A stretch of DNA of 64,000 nucleotides from a virus. Taxonomy: Duplodnaviria; Caudoviricetes. This document shows positions 10,146-18,991 of this stretch, piece after piece. The position numbers and the translations under genes were made by a program. Positions within the stretch are counted from its first letter, which is position 1, and each line of letters starts with the position of its first letter. Location: IMG/VR virus record IMGVR_UViG_3300028887_000067, positions 192,001 through 256,000 of that record; one strand, written 5' to 3'. Below the pieces are notes generated by a model, which saw only the letters and a program-made list of their open reading frames with translations, did not search any database and was not told the DNA's origin.

Positions 10146-10153
10146 CGGCGAAT

Positions 10154-10933
10154 TTAACTCTTTCTCATGGATTCCGCCTTCTGGCGGGCAAGCTTGAACG
10201 CGTTGGACCTGGTGAACAGGTCCCACGAATAATAACCGTGTGTCGCGATGAACTTCGCTATGCACGGGAACACTTCGGCCTTCAGGCGCTCCGTAGCCAC
10301 CTTGAACTCATTCATCCACGACTGGTCGTGTACCATCTCGGTAAGGCCTTTCCACTGGCCGTCGATTACCGACACGGCCGGGTTGCCGTACGTTGTTTCT
10401 ACCACGACGTAGGTCTTTATGGCCTCGGTGACGATGTTGCCGTAGGACGGCTCCTCGGCGACGAGCTTTTCCATCGCCTCCACGAAACCCATGGCGTTTT
10501 CGGCGGACTCGTTCATCGCCGAGTCCCTGTTGAGCATGTCCATGTACCTGCCCTTCTCCTCGGCTTCCTTGAACTGGGGGGACATGAGGAATTCCACCAA
10601 GGCGGCGTCGCCGAACTTGGTCATGTAGGTCAGCAGCTCGTTCAACTTCATCTTGAAGTCCACGAAGTCGGCGTCGAACGTGCTCCGGTCGGCCTCCTTC
10701 AGTCGCAAGTCCCTGTTGGTGACGCGGTGTGCGCTGGGGGCGGGCTCCTCCATCTTGGCCGGGTTGCCGAACACGGCCTCCTTCGCCTTGCCGCAGGCGG
10801 ACTTGATGCCGTCCATCAGGCCTTCGTTGAGGATGTAGCACTTGGCGATGCACTTCAGGACCTCCTTGCCCTCGGGGTGTATCTTGGCGAGCTTGGTGAG
10901 ACCTTCGAGATAGATAGCGTGTTTCTCAGACAT
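10154..10933 (-). CDS. Hypothetical protein, possible internal head protein
   Basis: 259-aa ORF with good codon bias; late-type ATAAACT motif upstream; repeated hydrophobic-x-Glu motifs (YLEG, LNEG, MNES, VTEA). Confidence 0.6.
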   Translation of the reverse strand: MSEKHAIYLEGLTKLAKIHPEGKEVLKCIAKCYILNEGLMDGIKSACGKAKEAVFGNPAKMEEPAPSAHRVTNRDLRLKEADRSTFDADFVDFKMKLNELLTYMTKFGDAALVEFLMSPQFKEAEEKGRYMDMLNRDSAMNESAENAMGFVEAMEKLVAEEPSYGNIVTEAIKTYVVVETTYGNPAVSVIDGQWKGLTEMVHDQSWMNEFKVATERLKAEVFPCIAKFIATHGYYSWDLFTRSNAFKLARQKAESMRKS

Positions 10934-11022
10934 TGCGTAACCGTGGATGATTTACCCATAGTTTATTACGAATTTGAGTTTCAAACGGGTCTGAGCTATC
11001 TTTCTGCCACTGGAGAATCCAT

Positions 11023-12414
11023 ATGGCCAAAAGACTTACGAAGGCTGACCTGAACGAGGACCAGCTCAACGCGCTTGAATTTATCAAGAACTTCATCAAC
11101 TCGCCCGACAGAAGGCAGATGGTCCTGTACGGGGCGGCCGGAACTGGCAAGACTTCTCTTATCAACGTCCTTCTCGACGAACTCGACGAGGACGCTAACT
11201 CCCCCGTGTACTACTGCACGGCGCCGACCAACACGGCGGTCGAAGTGATTGCCGACAAGACGGGGCGTGACTTCGATCGTACCATTTACTCCCTGCTGGG
11301 ACTCATCCTCGTGGACTTTTCCGACGGCCGTCCCCGGCTGAAGAAGGAGAACGAAAGCCACCTTCACGAATACGACCTCATAATAGTCGACGAAGCGTCG
11401 ATGGTGTCCCTCATGCTTCTCAACGAGATCCAGCGACAGCTGCGAATATACACCGCCCTGAAGATCATCTACGTGGGCGACAGGTGCCAGATTCCTCCCG
11501 TGGACGACGCCAACAACGGGAATCTCGAATCCATCATCTTCCAGCTCCCCCTGCAGGTCGAGCTTACCAAGGTGATGCGCACGGCCACGGAGAACCCTAT
11601 CCTCGGCGCGGTAACCGCCATGCGTGCCGACATGAAGAGCGAGACCGACCTGTTCGAGCACGAGACGAAAGTGGCCGAGGACGGGACGGGCATATACTTC
11701 TACGGACTGCAGAAGCCGTTCATGAACACTATGCTGGATTATTTCCGTCGACCCGAGTACAAGGACGACCCGAACTATGTGATGGCGCTCGCCTATACCA
11801 ACAAGGCCGTGGACGCCATCAACGAGAAGGTTCGCGGGGTGCTCTATCCCGACAGCAAGCGGATGTACGAGCCGGGGGAGGTTGTCCGGGTCGAACGGAC
11901 ATACGGCAACATCATCAACAGGGGAAAGTCGTCCATTTTCAGCGTGGTGTACTCTATCGGGGAACGCCTGCGCGTCGACGACGTCGAGGACACGGCCGAC
12001 CCGGCCTACGGGATCCCCTGCTACAAGATAAAGGCCACTAACTGCGTCAAGAAGAAGTCCGGGCGAACCACGACCGTGGCCTACGTAGTGGCGCCGGATG
12101 GGACGGACCAGTATATGTCTCTGAAGGAAAAGCTCGCCGTAGGCGCGAGGGAGAAGGAGAAGGAACTCAACACACGCGGACACCCCGTTTACACCCCGAG
12201 GGAGGCGTGGAAGGAGTATTCCGACTTCAAAAAGTTCCACCTGTGGCTGGGTTACATCTACGCGCTGACTTCGCACAAGGCGCAGGGGTCGACGATACAG
12301 AACGCCTTCGTAGTGGAACGCAACATCAACCGGATTTCGGAGGCCGAGCTCAGGAACAAGCTGAAATACACGGCGTTCACCCGTGCCGCCCGAGAGCTCC
12401 ACGTATTGAGCTGA
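11023..12414 (+). CDS. Dda/RecD-like SF1B DNA helicase
   Basis: GAAGTGKT, TAPTN, IVDEASM, GD..QIPPV, LTKVMR, YALTSHKAQGST and YTAFTRA motifs. Confidence 0.93.
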   Translation: MAKRLTKADLNEDQLNALEFIKNFINSPDRRQMVLYGAAGTGKTSLINVLLDELDEDANSPVYYCTAPTNTAVEVIADKTGRDFDRTIYSLLGLILVDFSDGRPRLKKENESHLHEYDLIIVDEASMVSLMLLNEIQRQLRIYTALKIIYVGDRCQIPPVDDANNGNLESIIFQLPLQVELTKVMRTATENPILGAVTAMRADMKSETDLFEHETKVAEDGTGIYFYGLQKPFMNTMLDYFRRPEYKDDPNYVMALAYTNKAVDAINEKVRGVLYPDSKRMYEPGEVVRVERTYGNIINRGKSSIFSVVYSIGERLRVDDVEDTADPAYGIPCYKIKATNCVKKKSGRTTTVAYVVAPDGTDQYMSLKEKLAVGAREKEKELNTRGHPVYTPREAWKEYSDFKKFHLWLGYIYALTSHKAQGSTIQNAFVVERNINRISEAELRNKLKYTAFTRAARELHVLS

Positions 12415-12415
12415 T

Positions 12416-12724
12416 ATGTTAGCCGGAATACTGTATTGCGCGACGGCGGTGGCGACCGCGTACCGGATATATCGCAAGATGAAGAAGCGCATTCTCGATT
12501 CCGCCAGATATCCGACGGGCCCCTTGTCGAGCCGGTATAGCGTGAAACGCGATGATTCGATGAAGCACCTATGCCGTCTCTCGGTACACGACCTGATGAC
12601 GGAACTGACGAAGGAGATTGATGCGGAGATACTCAACGCAATGAAGCTTTTGGCACAGTCTAACCTGGAAACTCTTGACGGAAAGGCTCCCAAGAGCTAT
12701 ATTAAAGCCGGAAAACATCCATGA
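12416..12724 (+). CDS. Hypothetical protein with N-terminal hydrophobic segment
   Basis: Fills the gap between helicase and IF3 in operon orientation. Confidence 0.5.
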   Translation: MLAGILYCATAVATAYRIYRKMKKRILDSARYPTGPLSSRYSVKRDDSMKHLCRLSVHDLMTELTKEIDAEILNAMKLLAQSNLETLDGKAPKSYIKAGKHP

Positions 12725-12734
12725 AGGAGACTTA

Positions 12735-13457
12735 ATGGCATTTATCAAGGCTAATTTCGTCCTGATGCAGGACGAGGGTGGCAAGGACCTGGGCAAGATG
12801 CCCACCGGACAGGCCAAGGAATATGCACGCAAGAGGGGAATGGAACTGTTCCCCGTGGACGAGAAGGTTGACCCGCCCGTCTACACCGTCAGGCCACGGC
12901 AGAAGTTCGTGCCTCGTCAGGCGGACGACGGCCGTTCCCAGTACGTAGTGACCGCAGACAAGGTCCGTTGCTCCGACGAGAACGGAGTGTCGCTCGGCGT
13001 CATATCCACGGAGGAAGCCAAGCACATTGCGTCCGAGCGCGGCCTGGACCTCATAGCCGTCAACAATCACATGGACCCGCCTATCGGCCGGATCGGCGAC
13101 CTCAACAAGTACATCTACGACCAGAAGAAGGCGCAGAAGGAGAGGGAGAAGAAGAGCAGGGCGGCGGCGAGGGGTTGCGAAAAGAAGGACTTGAAGATGA
13201 CCTCCGACACAACGAACGCGTCAAAGGCCGACCGTGCCCGCATACTGAACCAGGCGAACGATTTCCTGAAGGACGGCCACCCGGTGGACATCAACATCCG
13301 TTTCCGTGGTCGCGAGAACGCCCATTCCGATACCGCTATGGCGAAACTCCGCGAGGAAATCGCCGAAGGCATCACCGAGGGCACAGTCGGGCAGGAGACC
13401 AGCAACTCGACCGGTGACACGTTCACCATCAGCTGCGTCCCCAGGAAGAAGCACTAG
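12735..13457 (+). CDS. infC: Translation initiation factor IF3 homologue with tandem duplicated N-terminal domain
   Basis: AAGGAGA RBS and ATG at 12735; two IF3-N units (DEGGKDLG..P...AKEYARKRGMELFPV....DPP and DENGVSLGVIS...AKHIASERGLDLIAV....DPP); Lys-rich linker; IF3-C 'FLKDGHPVDINIRFRGRE'. Confidence 0.88.
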   Translation: MAFIKANFVLMQDEGGKDLGKMPTGQAKEYARKRGMELFPVDEKVDPPVYTVRPRQKFVPRQADDGRSQYVVTADKVRCSDENGVSLGVISTEEAKHIASERGLDLIAVNNHMDPPIGRIGDLNKYIYDQKKAQKEREKKSRAAARGCEKKDLKMTSDTTNASKADRARILNQANDFLKDGHPVDINIRFRGRENAHSDTAMAKLREEIAEGITEGTVGQETSNSTGDTFTISCVPRKKH

Positions 13458-13475
13458 GATTTTTCTTTGTTGGGT

Positions 13476-13545
13476 GCGGGGGGTCGGCCTTCTGGCCGGC
13501 CCCCTTTTCTGTTTAACGTAGAAAGCCGGCCCGAAGGCCGGCTTA
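13476..13545. terminator. Two GC-rich hairpins between convergent genes
   Basis: GGGGTCGGCC-TTCT-GGCCGGCCCC followed by TTTT, and AAGCCGGCC-CGAA-GGCCGGCTT. Confidence 0.75.
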
Positions 13546-13569
13546 TGAACGATTAAGCTAGTCGATACC

Positions 13570-14349
13570 TTAGTAACCGCGACAGGCGCAGTAGGCACGG
13601 TAGGCGTCCGCCGAGTTCGCGGCGACCTGTTTCCACGCGTCGGTCTTCAGTAGGTTCTTCAATGTCTTGTTGATGTTCCTCGTGTCCGTCGTCACCAGTG
13701 ACTGCCCGAACTCATTGTGGGTGCTGTCCTCGGACACCACGCACACGTTGTTGACCAGTAGCGGGGCGAGCCGTACCTGTTCCTGTCTCGCGGAGTTCGG
13801 ATAGGCGTGGAGGTTGAGCACAATCTTCGACCGCTGGATATACGGTATCAGGTCGTCTCCGAACACTCCGGTCAGGATGACCGTCTTGGCGTGCTTGTGG
13901 CTCATCGTCGACCATGCCTGCAGTATCTGCAACCGGCGCTGTGTCAGCATCCCGTAGAACAGGACGTCGATGTCCTTCACCTCCGGCGCCTTCGTGTTGT
14001 ATTTCAGCGCGGGAGTGTACTCGAGGGGCATGTACTTCGCCTTTATCCCGAACGTGGCGAGGAAGTTGATGTTGTCGATGTCATAGTCCCAGACGTCGTC
14101 GGCCTTCCTGAGCCAGTCCAGGTAGAATGGGTTGGCGCAGGTTGCCCCAGGGAACATCTGCTCGAGATTGTAGACTATGACCCTCTTGTGCGGGTGCGTA
14201 GAACGGTACGCCTCGGGGTACATGTTTGTGTCGCATAGCGCTACCACTATGCAGGCGTCGTCGAGGTCCTTCCGGTCCCTGAACTTGTCTTCCAGCCACG
14301 CCTTCACGTCGTCGAAGACTCGGTCGTTGAATGTTTCGATGGTCGGCAT
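13570..14349 (-). CDS. Putative glycosyltransferase (GT-B C-terminal-like, Glyco_trans_1_2 type)
   Basis: 'KDIDVLFYG....RR', 'SKIVLNLH', 'EQVRL..LL.N..CVVSE' pattern. Confidence 0.7.
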   Translation of the reverse strand: MPTIETFNDRVFDDVKAWLEDKFRDRKDLDDACIVVALCDTNMYPEAYRSTHPHKRVIVYNLEQMFPGATCANPFYLDWLRKADDVWDYDIDNINFLATFGIKAKYMPLEYTPALKYNTKAPEVKDIDVLFYGMLTQRRLQILQAWSTMSHKHAKTVILTGVFGDDLIPYIQRSKIVLNLHAYPNSARQEQVRLAPLLVNNVCVVSEDSTHNEFGQSLVTTDTRNINKTLKNLLKTDAWKQVAANSADAYRAYCACRGY

Positions 14350-15716
14350 TATTGTACTTCCGTGAGCGGGATTGCAACCTTGGCCACGACGGCGCTTCCG
14401 TCCGTGACGAAAATGTTTGATTCGGCTGGGTAGTAGGCGTGGAGCACGGTGGTGGCGAACTCGTCCGGGCCCACTATGCTCGGGTTGATGTAGACCTTGG
14501 TCATCTTGCCGTCCTCAAGGGCGTCGATCGCGCCCTCGGCGCCCACGTGCCAGTGGCCCATAATTGCCACGTCGGCGTGGTTGTGGATAAGGTCAGTGCG
14601 GATCTTGCGGAGAACCGTGTTGATCGCGCCGGCAGCGGCGGTGGAGCCGTTGTAGCGGTCGCCGTGCTCGAGCATCCAGCGCTGGTTGCCGATCTCGGTC
14701 ACGAGGACGGTAGCCTCGTCGTCGAACTCGACCGTGATGTTCTTCGCCTCGGCTTCGCACCTGTCCTTGAGGGTGCTGTATATGATATGTTCGAAGTTGT
14801 CCAAGCTGCGGTTCTTGCTTTGGAGCTTCTTTCCGGTGCGTGAATGGTTTCCCACGACGCAGGAAATCTTGACCGTCTTGTAAAGTTTCGCGTACTTGAG
14901 GATGATGCCGGTGAGGAACGAGTTCAGGACGCTGACGCACTTGGGTGCCGTGTATGCGTTCGTTGCGCGGAGCTCGTCATGGATTTCGCCGGAGATGAGG
15001 TCGCCCAGCATGAGGATGTGGAGATGGTCGCATCCGTAGATGGTCGCGAACTTGTAATTTTCCTCGAAGAGCTTGGTGAGTCGCTTGAACGCGATTTCCG
15101 GGTTGAACTTGTTGAATCCGAAGTTGGACTGGGGCTGTACCACCTCGCCGAAATGGAGATCCGATATCGGGAGGACGTTGTAGTGCGGCCCGCCCTTCTT
15201 GCCGGCGTTGACCAGCTTGAGCTCGACGTTTGCCGGCTTCACGGAAGCCGCCGCTTCCGCCATGCGGTTGACCTTTTCCTTGCCGACGAAGGCCTCCTCC
15301 TGGAGCTTCCTGAGTTTTTTCTCCGTCGCCTTGAGCTCGCGCCGGTAGTAATATTCCTTGCCGTGCTCCTCGTCCTCGCTGTAGCCAAACATGAGGTCTT
15401 CATCCTCGTCCGGCGTTTCGGAATGCGGGAGCCTGTCCTTCGGGTTCTTCGGCGGGATGAAGGTCCCCTCGGTGGAAACCGGTCTCAGCAGGTTCTCGAG
15501 CGTCAGGTCGACAATCCGGTTGAACTTGTCGGCCGGTATGTTAGGCTCTATCCAGCCGGCCTCTACGAGTTCCTGCTGGTAGGCCTTCACGATGGACGGG
15601 TCTAGGTTGAAGTGTTTCAGGAGGTTGACCACGCCGCCGTTGTTGACGAGCGTCGGGGTTGTGCGAGCCTTTGGCTTTCCAATGACCCGCTGAATCGACT
15701 TGGAGGCTTTTCCCAT
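14349..15716 (-). CDS. Calcineurin-like metallophosphoesterase with N-terminal coiled coil
   Basis: SDLHFGE, LGDLISG.IH, VGNH, EHGD and GHWH metal-binding motifs. Confidence 0.85.
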   Translation of the reverse strand: MGKASKSIQRVIGKPKARTTPTLVNNGGVVNLLKHFNLDPSIVKAYQQELVEAGWIEPNIPADKFNRIVDLTLENLLRPVSTEGTFIPPKNPKDRLPHSETPDEDEDLMFGYSEDEEHGKEYYYRRELKATEKKLRKLQEEAFVGKEKVNRMAEAAASVKPANVELKLVNAGKKGGPHYNVLPISDLHFGEVVQPQSNFGFNKFNPEIAFKRLTKLFEENYKFATIYGCDHLHILMLGDLISGEIHDELRATNAYTAPKCVSVLNSFLTGIILKYAKLYKTVKISCVVGNHSRTGKKLQSKNRSLDNFEHIIYSTLKDRCEAEAKNITVEFDDEATVLVTEIGNQRWMLEHGDRYNGSTAAAGAINTVLRKIRTDLIHNHADVAIMGHWHVGAEGAIDALEDGKMTKVYINPSIVGPDEFATTVLHAYYPAESNIFVTDGSAVVAKVAIPLTEVQ

Positions 15717-15829
15717 CAGGATTGTCCTTTGTAATTGTTTACTCGATAAATTATATCGAATGGGGTTTGTTGACCATTATGTTAAAAATTTCTAATTTGA
15801 AATGCAAATTTTCTATGAGTACGAGAAAA

Positions 15830-16582
15830 ATGAGCAAACACAAAAACCGTCGGCGCGTCAAGCGAGTGTTCATGACGGTGGAGACAATCATCCTTTTCCT
15901 GCTTGTCGCAGTTGGTTCCTACCTGGTTGGTTCATACAAGAACAATTTTGAAAAAATCGACGAGACTATGTCAGTGGCGCAGTCCACATCGGATGCGATA
16001 GCGGCGAAACTCGACAGCCTGGACGCCCATGTGGCCGCCCTGCACGAGATAACGGAGGCCAACCGGGCTCGATCCCAGCAAATCGCCACCGGAACGAAAA
16101 TCATCATTTCCGCGAAAAAAGACATAGAACCTCGTTTTGCCGCCAAATTGGCCAGAATCATATACGACGAGTCGGAATTCAGCTCCAGCGTCGAATACCC
16201 GTTCCTGCTGGCCGTCATAGCGGTGGAATCACGGTTCAACCCCGACGCGGTTTCGCCGGCCGGAGCCAAGGGGCTTGGGCAGCTGATGCCCGCCACGGCC
16301 GAATCCATGGCACGGCAGGCGGGGATGTCCTTCAAGCCCGCCCTGCTGACCGACCCGAGATACAACGTTAAGCTGTCCGTCCAGTACTTGGGCAAGCTGA
16401 AGCACATGTTCCAGACCAACGTCCTTGTCGCGGCGGCTTACAACGGGGGCCCGCTCGGCGCCCAGAAGTACAAGAAGTGGATCGACGGCGAAATCCCGCA
16501 GGAACAGGTGCATCCGGAAACCGTGTCCTACGTCAGCATGGTGATGGAAAAATACTACGCATACAGGTCGCTTTTACAGTAG
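15830..16582 (+). CDS. Membrane-anchored lytic transglycosylase (SLT domain)
   Basis: N-terminal TM helix and coiled coil, then AVIAVESRFNPDAVSPAGAKGLGQLMP and AAYNGGP...ET..YV. Start codon uncertain. Confidence 0.9.
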   Translation: MSKHKNRRRVKRVFMTVETIILFLLVAVGSYLVGSYKNNFEKIDETMSVAQSTSDAIAAKLDSLDAHVAALHEITEANRARSQQIATGTKIIISAKKDIEPRFAAKLARIIYDESEFSSSVEYPFLLAVIAVESRFNPDAVSPAGAKGLGQLMPATAESMARQAGMSFKPALLTDPRYNVKLSVQYLGKLKHMFQTNVLVAAAYNGGPLGAQKYKKWIDGEIPQEQVHPETVSYVSMVMEKYYAYRSLLQ

Positions 16583-16590
16583 GAGGCTCT

Positions 16591-16812
16591 ATGTGGACTT
16601 TAATTCTCGTATTGGCTATTCATGGTTCGGTATTTACCGAACCGCAAACTATGATGACCAATATTCCCGGCTTCTCATCCAAGGAAAACTGCCTAGCGGC
16701 TGGCGAATCCCTTGCCAAGGAGAATCAAAAGCGCGGTTCTTGGATATATCACTGTATCGAAGTCAACTACGCACACCCTTTAGGGTGTGAGCTTGTAGTT
16801 GCAACCGTTTGA
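16591..16812 (+). CDS. Small secreted/membrane protein whose 3' end is interrupted by the TnpB element
   Basis: AGGAGG RBS; MWTLILVL signal-like start; 'F.SKENC..AG' motif. Joining 16761 to 18248 restores the ending ...CIEVK*. Confidence 0.6.
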   Translation: MWTLILVLAIHGSVFTEPQTMMTNIPGFSSKENCLAAGESLAKENQKRGSWIYHCIEVNYAHPLGCELVVATV

Positions 16813-18247
16813 ACTAGTTGCAACCACGATTGGCCGGTTGACATCGGCCTGCCCGAGAATACCATAGAGCCATAAGTTGGCTTGACTACGATTGAGTCGG
16901 GGCGGTGACGGAGGACGATATTGCAAGCGCCATTACTATCGGCATCAAGCAATTCTCCGTCTGAGGCATAATAACGAGTACCCAGCCGTTTGCCTTCAAG
17001 CAATCCTCGGTAGTCGAGACGGGATGTATAAGCTGGTTCAACTGTTACCACTTCCTTCCCGAGAAGCGGTGCCTTGTACTCTAGTGTGGTCTGGATTTCT
17101 TTCAGAGGAACCTGTCCAAACCGGTTATTATGCTTCTTTCGTTTGATTTCCGTGTGCTTCCCATCTATCTTGATGGTCTTCTTGGAAGTACACTTCTTAA
17201 TCTTGCTTAAATCTTCTAGTACATAGGTAGTATAGTCCTTTGCAAGAAGCCAGTTCACTACCCTATGGACTTCGTTCTTCGAACGATTTTGTTCAGTCCT
17301 TGACAATTTCTTCAAATGACGCTTAGCAGACTTGGTATTCTTTGACTTTAAACAACGGCGTAGATAGCGGAGCTTTCTTCTTTCTCGGTTAAAATCACGG
17401 TTAATCCACCCGGTCCCATCGGAACAGGTCACAATACGGCGAATCCCTCGGTCTACGCCGAGAGCTTCGCCTTCGGTGTGCTCAAGTTCCGGAACATCAA
17501 ACTGGATGGTTAAGTAAAACTGACCTTTTCGATAGAAAATATTGCAGTTCTGCGGCTTGTATAGCTCAAATAATTTGCTCAGTTGCTTGTATGAATCGAA
17601 GGTACAGCGGACTCGCTTGAAACCGGGTACAGTCAAATCGACGGCATTATGTGTTAAATTGTTGTACAATCGCTTGTCGAGAACCATAGAAAGGTTCTTC
17701 TTGATAGGCGGCTCGAAATTGTTTTTTTCGTTTGCTATGCAAGTAGTCCAGTTGCCTACGGCTTCCAATATAGCCTTCAGGACCATCTGGCTGCTTAATA
17801 GCGGAAATTGCTCCCTCAGTTCCTTGTAGTATTCCGATTGTACATCGTATCGACTTAATCTATGGTGCTTAAAGTCTATTCTACTGAATATCTGGCTAAG
17901 ATAGTTATAGCAATCCTTCTCAGCTTCGAGAATTTCCTTGTATCTTGTTTCAGTTTCCGTATTAGGAAATTTGAGAACTGCATTATAACTAATCACCATA
18001 AAGCAAGCAATGCCCGGTAGACACTTATTTTGGCCTTCAGTATCTACCGAGCATCTAAAATCCTATCAAGTACCAGAAGAAGGCCAATAATTCCGATACA
18101 TTAAAAGTTTATACAATTTACAAAAATATTTCATTCAATTCCAATATATTTTGCTATATTTTCATTGGAGGCGGCCATTCCTATGCCACCCTAAAGGGTT
18201 CCCGACCGCTATTCGCGGTCGGTGGCATCTTCCTGGCCGATTATTTT
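16762..18247 (-). mobile_element. Non-autonomous IS200/IS605-family (IS1341-like, tnpB-only) element
   Basis: Right end with CACACCC-TAAA-GGGTGTG hairpin ending ...GTAGTTGAC on the minus strand; left-end hairpin with CACCCTAAAGGGT at ~18187; lower GC; no tnpA; boundaries restore the flanking ORF. Confidence 0.75.
16767..17999 (-). CDS. tnpB: TnpB RNA-guided endonuclease
   Basis: RuvC-I GVDRG, RuvC-II VLEDL, PAYTS, RuvC-III DADSNGACNI; zinc-finger cysteines absent. Confidence 0.9.
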   Translation of the reverse strand: MVISYNAVLKFPNTETETRYKEILEAEKDCYNYLSQIFSRIDFKHHRLSRYDVQSEYYKELREQFPLLSSQMVLKAILEAVGNWTTCIANEKNNFEPPIKKNLSMVLDKRLYNNLTHNAVDLTVPGFKRVRCTFDSYKQLSKLFELYKPQNCNIFYRKGQFYLTIQFDVPELEHTEGEALGVDRGIRRIVTCSDGTGWINRDFNRERRKLRYLRRCLKSKNTKSAKRHLKKLSRTEQNRSKNEVHRVVNWLLAKDYTTYVLEDLSKIKKCTSKKTIKIDGKHTEIKRKKHNNRFGQVPLKEIQTTLEYKAPLLGKEVVTVEPAYTSRLDYRGLLEGKRLGTRYYASDGELLDADSNGACNIVLRHRPDSIVVKPTYGSMVFSGRPMSTGQSWLQLVQTVATTSSHPKGCA

Positions 18248-18257
18248 GTGAAATGAG

Positions 18258-18286
18258 TTGACCACTCGCGATAAGATTCCTATATT
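18258..18286 (+). promoter_or_regulatory. sigma70-type promoter TTGACC-N17-TATATT; thyX predicted leaderless
   Basis: ATG at 18293 lies after a 6-nt spacer from the -10 hexamer; no SD. Confidence 0.7.
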
Positions 18287-18292
18287 CAGAAT

Positions 18293-18991
18293 ATGAGTAT
18301 TCAAATTTTATCAATTACGAACAATCCGCTCCAGTTCATCGGTCGTTGCGCCGGAATCTGCTGGGACGCTCCCGTCGACGATCCCGATAAAAACATCAAG
18401 CGGGCCAAAGAGTGCATCGAAAGCAACCACGGTCGCGTGCTTGAATTTCCCGACATGACCATTGTCATCGATGGCCCGTCGGCAAGGATGATGCGCGAAC
18501 TTTACACCCACATCGGCGGCGGTCCGACCCGTCTGCAGTCGTCCACCCGCTATGTCAACGAGAAGGATTTCAAGTATTACACTCCGCCTTCTTGCCAGAA
18601 GGACGGCGTCAAGGAAATCTACGAAGAAGCTATGCAGCACGACGCCGAAGTGTATGGAAAGCTTATCGAGTTGGGCGTACCCCGCGAAGATGCGGCTAAC
18701 AAGCTTCCCCTTGGAATGGAGTCCAAGATGGTGTGGAAGATCAATCTACGCGCCCTGGTGAACTTCTTCAACAGGCGCCTGTGTACCCGCGCACTGAAAG
18801 AAATCCGCGAATTTGCCACGGCGCTCAAGAATACCATTGCCCAGGTCGACGAGGAATGGGCCTGGATTACCGAGAACCTGTTCGTGCCGTCGTGCGAGCA
18901 GTACAAGTATATGAATCCCGCCCTGTGCTTCTGTGTCGAGAAGAAGGGATGCGGTCGTCACCCATACATCAAGGAATGGAAAGCCAAATGA
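18293..18991 (+). CDS. thyX: FAD-dependent thymidylate synthase
   Basis: H.RVLEF, 'RELYTH...QSSTRY', 'GVPREDA...LP', 'NLRALVNFF..RLC.RA..EIR'. Confidence 0.9.
   Translation: MSIQILSITNNPLQFIGRCAGICWDAPVDDPDKNIKRAKECIESNHGRVLEFPDMTIVIDGPSARMMRELYTHIGGGPTRLQSSTRYVNEKDFKYYTPPSCQKDGVKEIYEEAMQHDAEVYGKLIELGVPREDAANKLPLGMESKMVWKINLRALVNFFNRRLCTRALKEIREFATALKNTIAQVDEEWAWITENLFVPSCEQYKYMNPALCFCVEKKGCGRHPYIKEWKAK

Noticed and set aside
9545-10265. Short ORFs in the gap, including a 40-codon ORF from ATG 9606 and one after AAGGAGG at 9950
   Set aside because: Atypical composition; AAGGAGG is buried in a stem; helix density fits RNA structure better. A small peptide cannot be fully excluded.
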